DNA of 64,000 nt, taken from sequence record LR756501.1; one strand, given 5' to 3'. A program made the translations under genes and the position numbers. Positions 19,355-29,474 of this stretch are shown here, piece by piece; within the stretch, counting starts at the first letter, position 1, and each line of letters starts with the position of its first letter. The notes beneath the pieces were generated by a model. That model did not search any database, was not told where the DNA came from, and saw nothing but the letters and a program-made list of their open reading frames with translations.

Positions 19355-19555
19355 TCAAAAAAATATTTTTAATAATAAATAAATTCCTAAAGATATTCCA
19401 GTATAATGAAACCAAAATCTCATCCAATTATACTGTAAAACTTTTGGTATTTCTCTTCCTTTCCTTATATAAAGAGCCAACTCTTGTGTGAAGAACATAG
19501 CAACCATAAAGATTAACATACCAACACAACTGATTATAGTAAAAAGAGTTTCCAT
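19355..19555 (-). CDS. Small membrane protein
   Basis: Two hydrophobic segments. Confidence 0.6.
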   Translation of the reverse strand: METLFTIISCVGMLIFMVAMFFTQELALYIRKGREIPKVLQYNWMRFWFHYTGISLGIYLLLKIFF

Positions 19556-19556
19556 A

Positions 19557-20225
19557 TTACATATCTTTAATTTGTTCTAAATCATCGTCACTTGGATAGT
19601 ATTCGACTAAAACTCTAACTATCCCACTAAATTCAGAAGGTACCTTATTCTTATTTTCGAAAGATAATAATTCAGACATATCTCTATCTAAATCAAACAT
19701 GTCTTCAAATCCGTAATAATCTTTCTCAAAGAGTAAAACTCCTTGATTACTGGTTTGCTTTTCCATTATTTTTAAAAGAACATCAGATTTATCTCCAATA
19801 ACCTTTTTAGCTAACTCCATTTTATTCTGTCCAAAAGTTTCATCGAAAGCAACCCTCTTATCTTTATTTTCAAAAGAAACTACTGTTTTTTTAGATTCGA
19901 GTTTTTCTTTCATCAATTCCAATCTAGACATTTTTAATATCCTATAATCTATAAGAAAAGGAACTTTTGTTTCATAGTACTTCTCTAAAATACCAGATTT
20001 ATAATATTCCTTCACAGTCAACCCGAATTGATTTTCAATAAGGAATTCAAAAAGGTTTTCTCTTACACAAGTATCACCAAATCCCCACTGCAAAGCCTCA
20101 CCCTGTAAATGGTCTGGTAAGCAGTTAAAAAATTCTAACCCTTGTGTATCAAATGGTAGGTCGTCCATGTAGATGCCTTTATCGCCATCTAATATTTTTT
20201 CAAATTGTTCTTGTGTGAATATCAT
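19557..20225 (-). CDS. Hypothetical protein
   Basis: In-operon ORF. Confidence 0.7.
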   Translation of the reverse strand: MIFTQEQFEKILDGDKGIYMDDLPFDTQGLEFFNCLPDHLQGEALQWGFGDTCVRENLFEFLIENQFGLTVKEYYKSGILEKYYETKVPFLIDYRILKMSRLELMKEKLESKKTVVSFENKDKRVAFDETFGQNKMELAKKVIGDKSDVLLKIMEKQTSNQGVLLFEKDYYGFEDMFDLDRDMSELLSFENKNKVPSEFSGIVRVLVEYYPSDDDLEQIKDM

Positions 20226-20443
20226 ACTTCTCTTACGTTTCTTGGTGGAACAGTATAAAAGTCTCCGTATTCGTCAACTAAATAAGCCATGCCTCCTTTG
20301 GTTAATTTTACTATTGTTAATTCTATTTTATTATCTTTTGTGGAAATAATTTTCCTCAACCATCCATCAAAAGCCAAATCACCGTCACCAGCGACGTAAA
20401 CTTTGTGGCCAATGTTTTCTTTTATAAAGTCGTGGTTTTTCAT
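20222..20443 (-). CDS. Hypothetical protein
   Basis: ATGA overlaps. Confidence 0.6.
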   Translation of the reverse strand: MKNHDFIKENIGHKVYVAGDGDLAFDGWLRKIISTKDNKIELTIVKLTKGGMAYLVDEYGDFYTVPPRNVREV

Positions 20444-20658
20444 TTCGTGTGGTGTGTTTTGTTAGCACTAATATAAATAAATTCTAATATCGAGAATAAA
20501 TGTGCAGTTATAAATTGCACTTCCCCTTCCCCGTTTTCAAGAAAAGATATTTTATATCTATCTTTAGATAAAATATCGACATCTGTTATTTGTGGGTTAA
20601 CAACTCCCTCTTTAAATATTAAATAGTCTTTAAGTAATACTGTTTGTATGTTTAACAT
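20440..20658 (-). CDS. Hypothetical protein
   Basis: In-operon ORF. Confidence 0.6.
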   Translation of the reverse strand: MLNIQTVLLKDYLIFKEGVVNPQITDVDILSKDRYKISFLENGEGEVQFITAHLFSILEFIYISANKTHHTK

Positions 20659-20870
20659 ATTTCTTCGAATTTTAAATTATCAACTTCTTGTTTAGCTACA
20701 TCGTGCTTATCAAACCTTCTAATTTCACCGTCACCAGTCTTCAGGTAACTCCAACCGTACCAATGATGTTTCATGATGGCAAAATACCACGAGTTATAAT
20801 GTTTATACTTCACGATCTTGTACAAGTTTTCTTCTTCCTTGTCTTTATTTTTGTATAGAAAATTCAACAT
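20652..20870 (-). CDS. Hypothetical protein
   Basis: In-operon ORF. Confidence 0.6.
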   Translation of the reverse strand: MLNFLYKNKDKEEENLYKIVKYKHYNSWYFAIMKHHWYGWSYLKTGDGEIRRFDKHDVAKQEVDNLKFEEIC

Positions 20871-20871
20871 A

Positions 20872-21633
20872 TCATTTGCTTTCGTTAAATTCTTTTTCAG
20901 TTACTTTCATTATGGGCACAAATAAATCGTACCCGTTATCCATTTCAAAATGGTTTATGTCTTCTTCAAATACGTCACCAAACTTATGACGCCAATAAAT
21001 AAAAACTTGCTTATCAGCGTGCCATCGAGCCACATCAGCGTTCCTACATTGCCCAAAATAATATCCACCATCTACCAAGTCTTTCAAAGGTATAGCACCA
21101 GCCTTTACTAATCTTGGTGCGTAGAAATTATCCATCAATGCCTTATCGCAACGTGGTGGTAGTGGAATACATTGTTTTTCAGCCATATCTTTAGTGAAAG
21201 GTTTGAGATTGTTCCAATAATCTAAATGTTCCCTTCTTGTTTTGGTTATAGCGTCAACAAAAACTTGTGGCAAATAAACATTATCAAAATGTATAAATTG
21301 TTTGAACATAGGAGCAATAGCAACTGGATCATAACCAGCTAAACCACAACCAATTGGAGTGATCATAAAAGTAAGATCGGGATGTTCTCTTACGAACAAA
21401 ACAAACTTTTTGACTGCTGTGTGAATGAAATCTATTCTAAGTCTTTTAATATCTTTGTCTTTAGTCGGAATGGCGTAAGTTTGACCCATAATGCCTTCAC
21501 CTTGTCCGTAGACAGCTCCCCATTTCACGGCTTGTTTGGCAGCACCAGCACCGTGGCGTCCAGCCAAATTAGCACCAAAAACGAAGATTTCGTTTGGTTT
21601 AAGTTCAGTAATATGTTCAGGAGTTATTCTCAT
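20872..21633 (-). CDS. Macro-like (A1S_2505-type) domain fused to an unknown C-terminal domain
   Basis: EIFVFGANLAGRHGAGAA, TYAIPTK, TPIGCGLAG. Confidence 0.65.
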   Translation of the reverse strand: MRITPEHITELKPNEIFVFGANLAGRHGAGAAKQAVKWGAVYGQGEGIMGQTYAIPTKDKDIKRLRIDFIHTAVKKFVLFVREHPDLTFMITPIGCGLAGYDPVAIAPMFKQFIHFDNVYLPQVFVDAITKTRREHLDYWNNLKPFTKDMAEKQCIPLPPRCDKALMDNFYAPRLVKAGAIPLKDLVDGGYYFGQCRNADVARWHADKQVFIYWRHKFGDVFEEDINHFEMDNGYDLFVPIMKVTEKEFNESK

Positions 21634-21818
21634 ATACCTTTTCCCATTCTTACGAGTTCGTCGTAAATTGGTTTAATCTTACCAGTTTCCCAAATGGTCA
21701 TAGGTTTACATCCCATAGGAATGCTCTCTGTGTTTAACCACATGTTGAAGTTTTGAAGATTTCCAAAAACTTCTTTTCCTTTTTTGATAGTTGCAGGTTT
21801 TGTTACTTTTGCTTTCAT
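21630..21818 (-). CDS. MbcA/ParS/Xre antitoxin toxin-binding domain (DUF2384-like)
   Basis: EVFGNLQNFNMWLN...MGCKPM...IYDELVRMGKG. Confidence 0.65.
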   Translation of the reverse strand: MKAKVTKPATIKKGKEVFGNLQNFNMWLNTESIPMGCKPMTIWETGKIKPIYDELVRMGKGI

Positions 21819-22018
21819 TCGTGTTCGAATATAGTGTCCACTTTATCTGTAATTACTAAATCAAATCCTTCAAATTCACTTGGTATATCTCCAATTTTAC
21901 TAACATCTTTTACTTGTATAGCTATAACCAATTTACCATTATATTTTTCAAAATAGATATTTTCAACGTTTTTATCGTTAATAAAATGAGTTCTTAATTT
22001 CTCTATTACTCCTACCAT
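21815..22018 (-). CDS. Hypothetical protein
   Basis: In-operon ORF. Confidence 0.55.
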   Translation of the reverse strand: MVGVIEKLRTHFINDKNVENIYFEKYNGKLVIAIQVKDVSKIGDIPSEFEGFDLVITDKVDTIFEHE

Positions 22019-22019
22019 G

Positions 22020-22259
22020 TTACTGTTTATTATTTTTTCTTATTTTCTTTACTATGAAATATGTTGGTACTATCATACCTATAATATAAGTTATTATAGA
22101 CAAAGTAGGACTATAAGGTTGAATCTCTTTTGCTATGAAAATACTAACTGTAGCAATTGAGAACATAATAGGAAGAAACATAACTTTTCTATCCCTGAAA
22201 GCAATCAATAAGAAGGATAGGCAAATTAATCCACCTATTATAAATAGTACATTCAACAT
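22020..22259 (-). CDS. Small three-TM membrane protein
   Basis: Hydrophobic segments. Confidence 0.65.
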   Translation of the reverse strand: MLNVLFIIGGLICLSFLLIAFRDRKVMFLPIMFSIATVSIFIAKEIQPYSPTLSIITYIIGMIVPTYFIVKKIRKNNKQ

Positions 22260-22281
22260 CGCAATATTTTTATTCTAAATA

Positions 22282-22289
22282 CAAAGATA
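22282..22289 (-). promoter_or_regulatory. Bacteroidota-type -7 element TATCTTTG
   Basis: Divergent intergenic region, 23 nt upstream of 22259 start. Confidence 0.7.
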
Positions 22290-22359
22290 AATATATTTTT
22301 TCAAATTAAAAACTTTATCGTTAAAAAAATATAGAACCACAAAAAGAATAATATCCCCA

Positions 22360-23553
22360 ATGGGTTCTACAAAATACTTATATCAATTTATACCAGATAA
22401 GTTTGAATATCTCACTAAAACCAAAATTATTGAATACAAAGAAGTTAATCTCAAAACAGCTTACCTTATTAATATTATACACGAACTCATTCTTAAATTT
22501 TATTTCTCCAATAGAAACTACATAGATTTGGAACCAAATGAAGATATAAAATTCAACCTTTGGAGTTCCATCTTACGTAAGAAATACGGAATGCATTATA
22601 ATAAATACATGGAATATCTTACGGATATTGGTTTTATATCTATGACTTCTGATTATTACGTTGGTAAGAAAGCCAAAACATACAAGATAAATCCATTTGA
22701 AATAAATACTATAAAGAAAGTAAAGACAAATGATGCTATTCTAGCCAAGAAAAGCACTAAAGAATATTTGATGCAATCTATTACAAGTTACTGTAATAGT
22801 CCGATAAATCCAAAAATAAGAAAGAAACTCGTTGACGACCTTTATCATGTTCAAATAGATTACGAAAAATCCATCAGCCTACTTAATGATTTGAAGAAGA
22901 ACGGTAAAATAGAAATTAATAAGTTTTACAAGAACCTTCATAGTGTTGAAAGTATTAAATCTAATAATCTATTTTTTAAATTTGATGAGTACGGCAGATT
23001 TCACACAAACTTCACAATTCTTAAAAGAGAAATAAGACAGAATTTCTTAAAGATAGATAACGAAGAAATTGTAGAAATTGATATTGGTAATTCACAACCA
23101 TTATTCTTAGCTCTTCTCTTACAAGAAGAAATGGAACCAAACGACCCAGAGATTAACAATTATATTTGGTTAGCCAGACAAGGATTATTCTACGAACATA
23201 TAATAAATAATTTCACTAATTTATCCAGAAGCGACGTTAAATTATTGACTTATAAAGTGTTATTTGGACATAACGGTATAAACTCAACAGAAAATAAAAT
23301 ATTCCAAAGTCTATTTCCAAAAATATATGATTATATAATTGAGTACAAGAAAGTTAACGATAACTATAAATCAATGGCTCATATCCTTCAAAGGATGGAG
23401 AGTGATTTTATATTTGGTAAAGTGATAACAGAGATATATGAAAAGATACCAGGCATAAGGTTATTCACTGTACACGATTCTATTTTATTTCCAATAAAAT
23501 ACGAGAAGCAAGTAAGAGAAATATTTGAAAGAAATAAGAAGGAATTATTTTAA
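22360..23553 (+). CDS. Family-A polymerase-like palm protein lacking an exonuclease domain
   Basis: VEIDIGNSQP (A), RSDVKLLTYKVLFG (B), TVHDS (C). Confidence 0.6.
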   Translation: MGSTKYLYQFIPDKFEYLTKTKIIEYKEVNLKTAYLINIIHELILKFYFSNRNYIDLEPNEDIKFNLWSSILRKKYGMHYNKYMEYLTDIGFISMTSDYYVGKKAKTYKINPFEINTIKKVKTNDAILAKKSTKEYLMQSITSYCNSPINPKIRKKLVDDLYHVQIDYEKSISLLNDLKKNGKIEINKFYKNLHSVESIKSNNLFFKFDEYGRFHTNFTILKREIRQNFLKIDNEEIVEIDIGNSQPLFLALLLQEEMEPNDPEINNYIWLARQGLFYEHIINNFTNLSRSDVKLLTYKVLFGHNGINSTENKIFQSLFPKIYDYIIEYKKVNDNYKSMAHILQRMESDFIFGKVITEIYEKIPGIRLFTVHDSILFPIKYEKQVREIFERNKKELF

Positions 23554-24194
23554 TCGTTGTCCCATTCTTCTTCACCGTATGGATCGAATGGATTTATTCC
23601 ACCAACTAATTTTACTTGTTTTTTATGGTCTATATAGAAAGATTTACCATCTTCTGTATAAATTTTTAACAGGTCTCCTTGATGAATAGCATCTAGTGAA
23701 ATTGTAATTTTTACGGGAACACATTTGGCTATTTTTTTAATATTTGGATTGGAAGCATTAAAACCCGATAAAGCATCAGCATTTTTACTCCCAGTGAAAA
23801 TAATTTCTTTTCCGAAATATTTTTCAAATTCTTTCATAAAAGTATCTATGAAAAAGAATTTACCTGTTGGTGATATATCAAAATATACACTTCGTCTTCT
23901 ATCACTAGATCTGACTAAATAAGGTGTGCAATATTGGCTTTCACTAGCTCTGTGATATATTACGTCTTCAACATTCATTATAGCGTTATGAGAAGTACTC
24001 ATATTACATTTAAAAGTTTCTGATAGAAAATTATTTGTATGAAAGGACACAATTCTACCAACAAGATGTTCTCTAAATATTTCAGCCATTTTCTCACCAG
24101 CTTCCATATCAATTCTTCTAATATCATCAGAGAAACTAATGACCTTATCAGTTTTCATAGCCTCATTTAAAAAATTATCGAATTTAGTTCTCAT
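23550..24194 (-). CDS. Putative internal head protein, CTS-like start plus DPYGEEEW tail
   Basis: MRTKFDNFLNEA ... FDPYGEEEWDND. Confidence 0.7.
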   Translation of the reverse strand: MRTKFDNFLNEAMKTDKVISFSDDIRRIDMEAGEKMAEIFREHLVGRIVSFHTNNFLSETFKCNMSTSHNAIMNVEDVIYHRASESQYCTPYLVRSSDRRRSVYFDISPTGKFFFIDTFMKEFEKYFGKEIIFTGSKNADALSGFNASNPNIKKIAKCVPVKITISLDAIHQGDLLKIYTEDGKSFYIDHKKQVKLVGGINPFDPYGEEEWDND

Positions 24195-24243
24195 TTATAC
24201 CTTATATATTATTTTTTAAATCGAAGTTTTAATATATAGTTTT

Positions 24244-25338
24244 ATGATTAAAGACTATTTAAAGTTCAACGAATCCACAAAACCTATATGGTATTACGAT
24301 AGAATAATCGCTCACGGGAGTCTTAGATTCTGGGGTGATGACGGTCAATATAACGTAGACATAGAAGGTCAAACTGGTAGAGTTGCTACTATTAAAGGCG
24401 GTGGATATAAGATGGTTGGAGTAGTTTTTGATAATTATTTTTTTAATCAACTCACAGATTTAGATAAGATTTTAAAATTCAAAAGAGGATTGTGGGTTGG
24501 TATGGATCAACTTGAAAAGGTTGTAGTCGAAAAACCAAAAATCGAAAGAAGACCGCTATCCTTCTCTGATAAAGCTAAAAAAGTTTTTGAACATTGTGAG
24601 TATATTGAACCACCATTGTTCTTAGATGTAGATTATATAGATGTTACTGAGAAAAATGATACTATATCATATATAACAAGAGATAGATTGGAAAGACTGG
24701 GTTACGATGACGATCAATGGGATAACAAATTAAGACAAGAGATGAAGGTTGGTAAGTTAATTATGATGATAACACCAAATACAAATCAAGTTAGCTTAGA
24801 GAAGAAAATAAGTTTGTTTAAATCAGCTCATAACGCTATCGTTACCAACAAATCAACTTTTAAAATAGTAAAAGGAGATGAAATAGGTAAATGGTACAAC
24901 GAAGACTCTTATCAAGAAGGAACAGGACAATTAAATAAATCTTGTATGAGAGATAAAATGGACAGACTATCAGTTTATTATACTAATCCAGATAAAATAA
25001 ACATGTTAATATTATTAAATGAAGACGATAAACTTGTTGGTAGAGCTCTTGTTTGGAAAGTAGATGAGCCCGAAGGTGTTACATATATGGACAGAATATA
25101 TACTGTATATTCAGAAGACGTGCATAGGTTCGAAGACTACGCCAGACAACACGGTTGGAAATATTTTGAGATGTATAGATATACGACAATGAAAGTGTAT
25201 TTTGATTACGATTTAGGCAATGAAGAGGAGAATCCATATATGGACACATTTACGAATTATTACGCTGATATTCGATGTTTAACAAATAAATATCTTGAAG
25301 GTCATCGCGATGATTTAATTGATTTCACTTACGTATAA
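24244..25338 (+). CDS. SCM-GRALVW-MDRIY family paralog 1, CTS-like start
   Basis: MIKDYLKFNES; KSCMR, GRALVWK, YMDRIY, NPYMDTF. Confidence 0.75.
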   Translation: MIKDYLKFNESTKPIWYYDRIIAHGSLRFWGDDGQYNVDIEGQTGRVATIKGGGYKMVGVVFDNYFFNQLTDLDKILKFKRGLWVGMDQLEKVVVEKPKIERRPLSFSDKAKKVFEHCEYIEPPLFLDVDYIDVTEKNDTISYITRDRLERLGYDDDQWDNKLRQEMKVGKLIMMITPNTNQVSLEKKISLFKSAHNAIVTNKSTFKIVKGDEIGKWYNEDSYQEGTGQLNKSCMRDKMDRLSVYYTNPDKINMLILLNEDDKLVGRALVWKVDEPEGVTYMDRIYTVYSEDVHRFEDYARQHGWKYFEMYRYTTMKVYFDYDLGNEEENPYMDTFTNYYADIRCLTNKYLEGHRDDLIDFTYV

Positions 25339-25362
25339 TAAAATATTTATATATAGAAGACA

Positions 25363-26781
25363 ATGGAAAATATGTTAAAATATCAAGAATTTATAAATGA
25401 GGCCAAGATAGACTCTACTTACGCTGATAACGAGAATAAACATAAATTATTATTTTCTGAAACTATAAGTAAAGATTTTTACGAAAGAAGAAATGAGTTC
25501 CCTTTGTTTTATCAATTCTATTTAGATTCTGACGTATTTTACGGTCTTAGATTTATTACTGATAACGAAGATATAGAAAGGATAATAGATAATTACGAAG
25601 ATATTAGATTCACTCTACTTTTATCCAGATCATATAGGGACACAGATGACGAACTTCCAGGTGATCATAAACATTTGTTAACATTTGAAGGCGGTAGATT
25701 TAACCTTTCACAAATTATAGAAAATAAAGAAAATTATTATTTTTATAGAATAGTTGAAGGACCTAGAAATAATAATATTCCAAACTGGGACGAAGCCGTT
25801 GATTTTGAACAGATCAATGAGAAAAGATGGATATTTGTTATAAGGAAAGAATCAACTTGTTCGTTAGTTAAGACAGAATCAAGAGAAAGTAGTGGGACTT
25901 GGGCCGAAAGACATTTATCTAAATTATATGGTTGGAAAGAAGATCCTAAAAAGATAAAATTAAATTTCACATATAATGGTGCAGCCATTACAAGAGCTAA
26001 TGGTTTGATTAATACAGTTTTCCACTCTACTGACGCTGATATATTTGAAATAGAAGATAATCCTGAGACATGTTTCAAGTATGATTTAGTTATGCCAGAT
26101 GGTAAAAAGATAGAAGTAAAGAAATATACAATTAAAGAAATCTGGAAAAATAACGCACCTGTTCCTATTTTACTTGCTCAACAAATCAGAATGTCCACAA
26201 GAGAAACACTCATTAAGATTGTGAAAATGTATAGGGATTTATTTGATGAAGGAACACCAGAATACGAAAATGCTGACGTTTTAGTTGAAATGCAACCAAG
26301 AGAACTACAAGATTATTTTGATATAAGAAAACAACCAGATGGAAGGTTGGATCCAATATGTACAAGAATAAAAGCATATTACAATTCAAGGATAAGAAGA
26401 TTGGTGGAGAAATTTAACGCGATGAACCAAAATTTATGGATGCAAGGTATATACGGTATTTATTTTTGCGGTGAAGATAGACACACAAGAAAAAAAGATT
26501 TCCTCATTAAAGTTGGAGAGAACGGAATTAGAAATTTCAATTATTTTTGGAGAGAATCTAATAGTTGGTTGGGATTCAATGAATTGAAATTATTTATGAC
26601 TGTAAAAGGCGAAGCTTGGGAATATATACTATCTGAGTGGGACACTTTTGTTAAGACTTTCCAAGTAGAAAACCACGACGAATATCTTGCTGATATTGAA
26701 AACGGTGAAATTGATATCGATGATAAAACTTATAAATATAACGATATGGATCACTACTGGGTAGAAGAACCAAAAGAATAA
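25363..26781 (+). CDS. CTS-bearing protein with possible PD-(D/E)xK nuclease core
   Basis: MLKYQEFINEA; GTWAERH...KYDL...IEVKK. Confidence 0.5.
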   Translation: MENMLKYQEFINEAKIDSTYADNENKHKLLFSETISKDFYERRNEFPLFYQFYLDSDVFYGLRFITDNEDIERIIDNYEDIRFTLLLSRSYRDTDDELPGDHKHLLTFEGGRFNLSQIIENKENYYFYRIVEGPRNNNIPNWDEAVDFEQINEKRWIFVIRKESTCSLVKTESRESSGTWAERHLSKLYGWKEDPKKIKLNFTYNGAAITRANGLINTVFHSTDADIFEIEDNPETCFKYDLVMPDGKKIEVKKYTIKEIWKNNAPVPILLAQQIRMSTRETLIKIVKMYRDLFDEGTPEYENADVLVEMQPRELQDYFDIRKQPDGRLDPICTRIKAYYNSRIRRLVEKFNAMNQNLWMQGIYGIYFCGEDRHTRKKDFLIKVGENGIRNFNYFWRESNSWLGFNELKLFMTVKGEAWEYILSEWDTFVKTFQVENHDEYLADIENGEIDIDDKTYKYNDMDHYWVEEPKE

Positions 26782-27876
26782 TTACAAATACATATCATTA
26801 CTTACCTGATTAACGTTAGTTGTATTCCTTACTTGAAAATTAGTATTAGCTGATATAAATCCAGAACCAACAGGGCTTCTTATCGGTTTATAAGGTGATA
26901 TAATATCTGAATTTTTTATTGTAGCATCAGGAGCACCTCTTGCCACACTTCCTTCAACATCGAAACTAACAAGATAAGTATTATTAGGATAAACTTTTAA
27001 TATCTTAACAGGAGCCGGTTCACCTGTTAAATTGTGGGTGATCATAACATAATCGTCTTTAATTGGATCAAATCTTTTCTCGTAGAGTTGATAACTCATA
27101 ACGTGATTAAATCCTTCATTTCTTGCGTTTTCCATGGCTCTTATCCTTCCTTTTATTGTCTCTATCTCATTAGTTAGAGTTTCGTAATCTCTTGTTCCTT
27201 TTTTAGTTCTTGCTAGTGTTGCCTCATATCCTTCTAGGGTTTGTCTTAATAAAGCAAGTCTCCTTAATCTATTTTGAATTGGGTCTTTTTCTGCTTGTTG
27301 ATTAGGTCTTTCAGCTCTTCTTGCTCTTGGTGGTGCTTGGTAATTACTTGAAGAAGATTGTTTTTTCTCTGGTCTTTTCTTAGCTCTACCACTTTGTATA
27401 AATGGATAAATAGTATCTAAAATAAATATTTTAAAATCTGTGTAATTCAATCCAGATACTTTGTAATCATAATCTTTATCACCGTATTTAATATTAACAT
27501 GGAATACGGGCATTCTGATAGTATTATCGAAAGTAACTACAAAATCTAAATTTACGTGATTTATATGTAAACCATCGCATTCTATTTTTATATAATTTCG
27601 TTCTGGAATAGATAAATAACATTCTCTATAATTCCTATATATGAATTGAACTACAGCGTTCCAAGTATCTTGAAATTCTTGTTTTTGTCTTTCCTCTTCC
27701 TCTTTTCTTCTTTCCTCTCTTTCTTCGGCTTCTCTTCTTTGTCTTTCTGCTCTTTCTTCTCTTTCTCTCTTCTCTTTTTCAGCTTTTTCTTTAGCCATTT
27801 TTTCTTTAGCTCTTAAAGAAGGTTCACCCTTGATATCTTTACCAGTGGCAACTTCGTAATCTAAAAAATTTCTCAT
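26782..27876 (-). CDS. Multi-domain protein with E/R coiled coil; start uncertain (27876 or 27924)
   Basis: KREREERAERQRREAEEREE; internal HVMSYQLYE CTS-like segment. Confidence 0.7.
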   Translation of the reverse strand: MRNFLDYEVATGKDIKGEPSLRAKEKMAKEKAEKEKREREERAERQRREAEEREERRKEEEERQKQEFQDTWNAVVQFIYRNYRECYLSIPERNYIKIECDGLHINHVNLDFVVTFDNTIRMPVFHVNIKYGDKDYDYKVSGLNYTDFKIFILDTIYPFIQSGRAKKRPEKKQSSSSNYQAPPRARRAERPNQQAEKDPIQNRLRRLALLRQTLEGYEATLARTKKGTRDYETLTNEIETIKGRIRAMENARNEGFNHVMSYQLYEKRFDPIKDDYVMITHNLTGEPAPVKILKVYPNNTYLVSFDVEGSVARGAPDATIKNSDIISPYKPIRSPVGSGFISANTNFQVRNTTNVNQVSNDMYL

Positions 27877-27901
27877 CCATTTTGGACTTCTATAAATCGC
27901 T

Positions 27902-28267
27902 TCATTCGCCTTCTGGTTTCTCATTCTTACCACTAATTATTTTTATGCCATATTTATCAGCCCAATCATATATTTTATCTAAATATGGTAATATATTCTT
28001 CTCGTTCTTTTCTTTCACCAACTTCACTAAATCGTTCCAACATTCTTTACCTATACCAACTAAATTATCTTTCTTTCCAAGTAAAGCGTCTTTATATTTC
28101 TTAATAAATTCGTTTACGTTCTTGTCTTGTGAGTATTTATTCCAAATATCAGTAACATCGTATTCTAGTTCCCAATTAACTTCTTGAACGTCAAAATCAT
28201 CCATAGAGTCTTCTATGGTAAGAGTAGATTGTTCGTTAACAAAGTCTTTGTAACTAGTTTTTATCAT
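27902..28267 (-). CDS. Putative internal head protein
   Basis: MIKTSYKDFVNEQ CTS-like start. Confidence 0.7.
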   Translation of the reverse strand: MIKTSYKDFVNEQSTLTIEDSMDDFDVQEVNWELEYDVTDIWNKYSQDKNVNEFIKKYKDALLGKKDNLVGIGKECWNDLVKLVKEKNEKNILPYLDKIYDWADKYGIKIISGKNEKPEGE

Positions 28268-28283
28268 GTGTCTATAATTCTTT

Positions 28284-29456
28284 TTAGTCATGGTCTACGT
28301 AATTGTAATATTGAAAGCTTTTAGCCTTATAATCTATATTTAAAGCGTCTGGTGTTAATAATTGGTTAGTATCTCTATTGAAATATTTGAAAGTGTCCAT
28401 GAAAGGATTATTTTGAGGTACACCGTAATCTCTTTTTACAGTTACTCTCTTCACACCGTTACGGTCTCTTACCCAAGGACCTATCATATTATTCTTTTTA
28501 CAATATTCTACCATCTTTAGTTCACTTGTATTATCNNNNNNNNNNNNNNNNNNNNNGTAAACAGTACCGTCATCTAATTTCCAAATAAGCACTCTAGCCA
28601 TTAACATACCTTTATCGTCTGTTAATATTCCCATAGCACATTTATCTGGATTCTCACAGTAAATATCAAATCTTTTTTGTGATCTACTTGATCTCATACA
28701 AGAACCCCCAAGTGATCCTTGATGTCCGGTTTCACCTTTTCCGTAGGTGGTACCAAGGTACCATTTTCTTATATCTTCACCCACAACCACTTTTAAATTG
28801 TCCTCAACATTCTTTATTATTTTTTCCCATAATAATTTAAATTGTGGAATAAGTGCATCTATGTCTTTATCAGTTAGATCTGGGTCCAATTTTCTAAAGA
28901 ACTTACCAATTTTCATAGTTTGTCTAAAACCAGCTTTATAAGGATCTACAGCTTTATTTTTAATTTCTGATTTAAATTTGGATACAGGCACAAAAGAAAC
29001 TAAATCGCTTTTTTCCATATCAACATTAACGAAGCAAATATCAATATATTTTTTCTTAATTTTGAACTTCAATTCAGCTAGAATGTCTTTAATAAATTTA
29101 CTACAATCGAATTCAACTAAATTTCCTCTTAGAAAATCTTTAGCTTCTTCGGGTGTAATTTTTATAAGACTTCTACCTTGACTTTTTGTGATAGTGAATG
29201 TATCAGTATGTCTGTACTTATGATAAGGCATCCAGTTATAATCCCTTAATTTATTTTCTGGATCATCTGGTTTTTGTACTTTAAGAGTGTAGAAAGTAAT
29301 TTTATCAACGTCTGTAATTGTTTCAACTATAGCAAGTTTACCGTTAAGTTGTTGAATGCCACGGAAATTCTTATCACAGATAACGTAGTCGCCTTCTTTT
29401 ATCTCTTCCTTTTTAACAGCTTCATTTAAAACTAAAAACTCATCATATTTGATCAT
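28284..29456 (-). CDS. SCM-GRALVW-MDRIY family paralog 2 (contains the N-gap)
   Basis: MIKYDEFLVLNEA; GSCMR, ARVLIWK, NPFMDTF. Confidence 0.75.
   Translation of the reverse strand: MIKYDEFLVLNEAVKKEEIKEGDYVICDKNFRGIQQLNGKLAIVETITDVDKITFYTLKVQKPDDPENKLRDYNWMPYHKYRHTDTFTITKSQGRSLIKITPEEAKDFLRGNLVEFDCSKFIKDILAELKFKIKKKYIDICFVNVDMEKSDLVSFVPVSKFKSEIKNKAVDPYKAGFRQTMKIGKFFRKLDPDLTDKDIDALIPQFKLLWEKIIKNVEDNLKVVVGEDIRKWYLGTTYGKGETGHQGSLGGSCMRSSRSQKRFDIYCENPDKCAMGILTDDKGMLMARVLIWKLDDGTVYXXXXXXXDNTSELKMVEYCKKNNMIGPWVRDRNGVKRVTVKRDYGVPQNNPFMDTFKYFNRDTNQLLTPDALNIDYKAKSFQYYNYVDHD
28536..28556. other. Assembly gap (21 N)
   Basis: N-run; in frame, replaces the expected MDRxY segment. Confidence 0.95.
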
Positions 29457-29474
29457 TAATTAGTTAATTCTTTT

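Noticed and set aside
28536-28556. N-run inside a conserved motif
   Set aside because: Assembly gap; 21 nt keeps the frame and matches the seven missing residues expected from paralogs.
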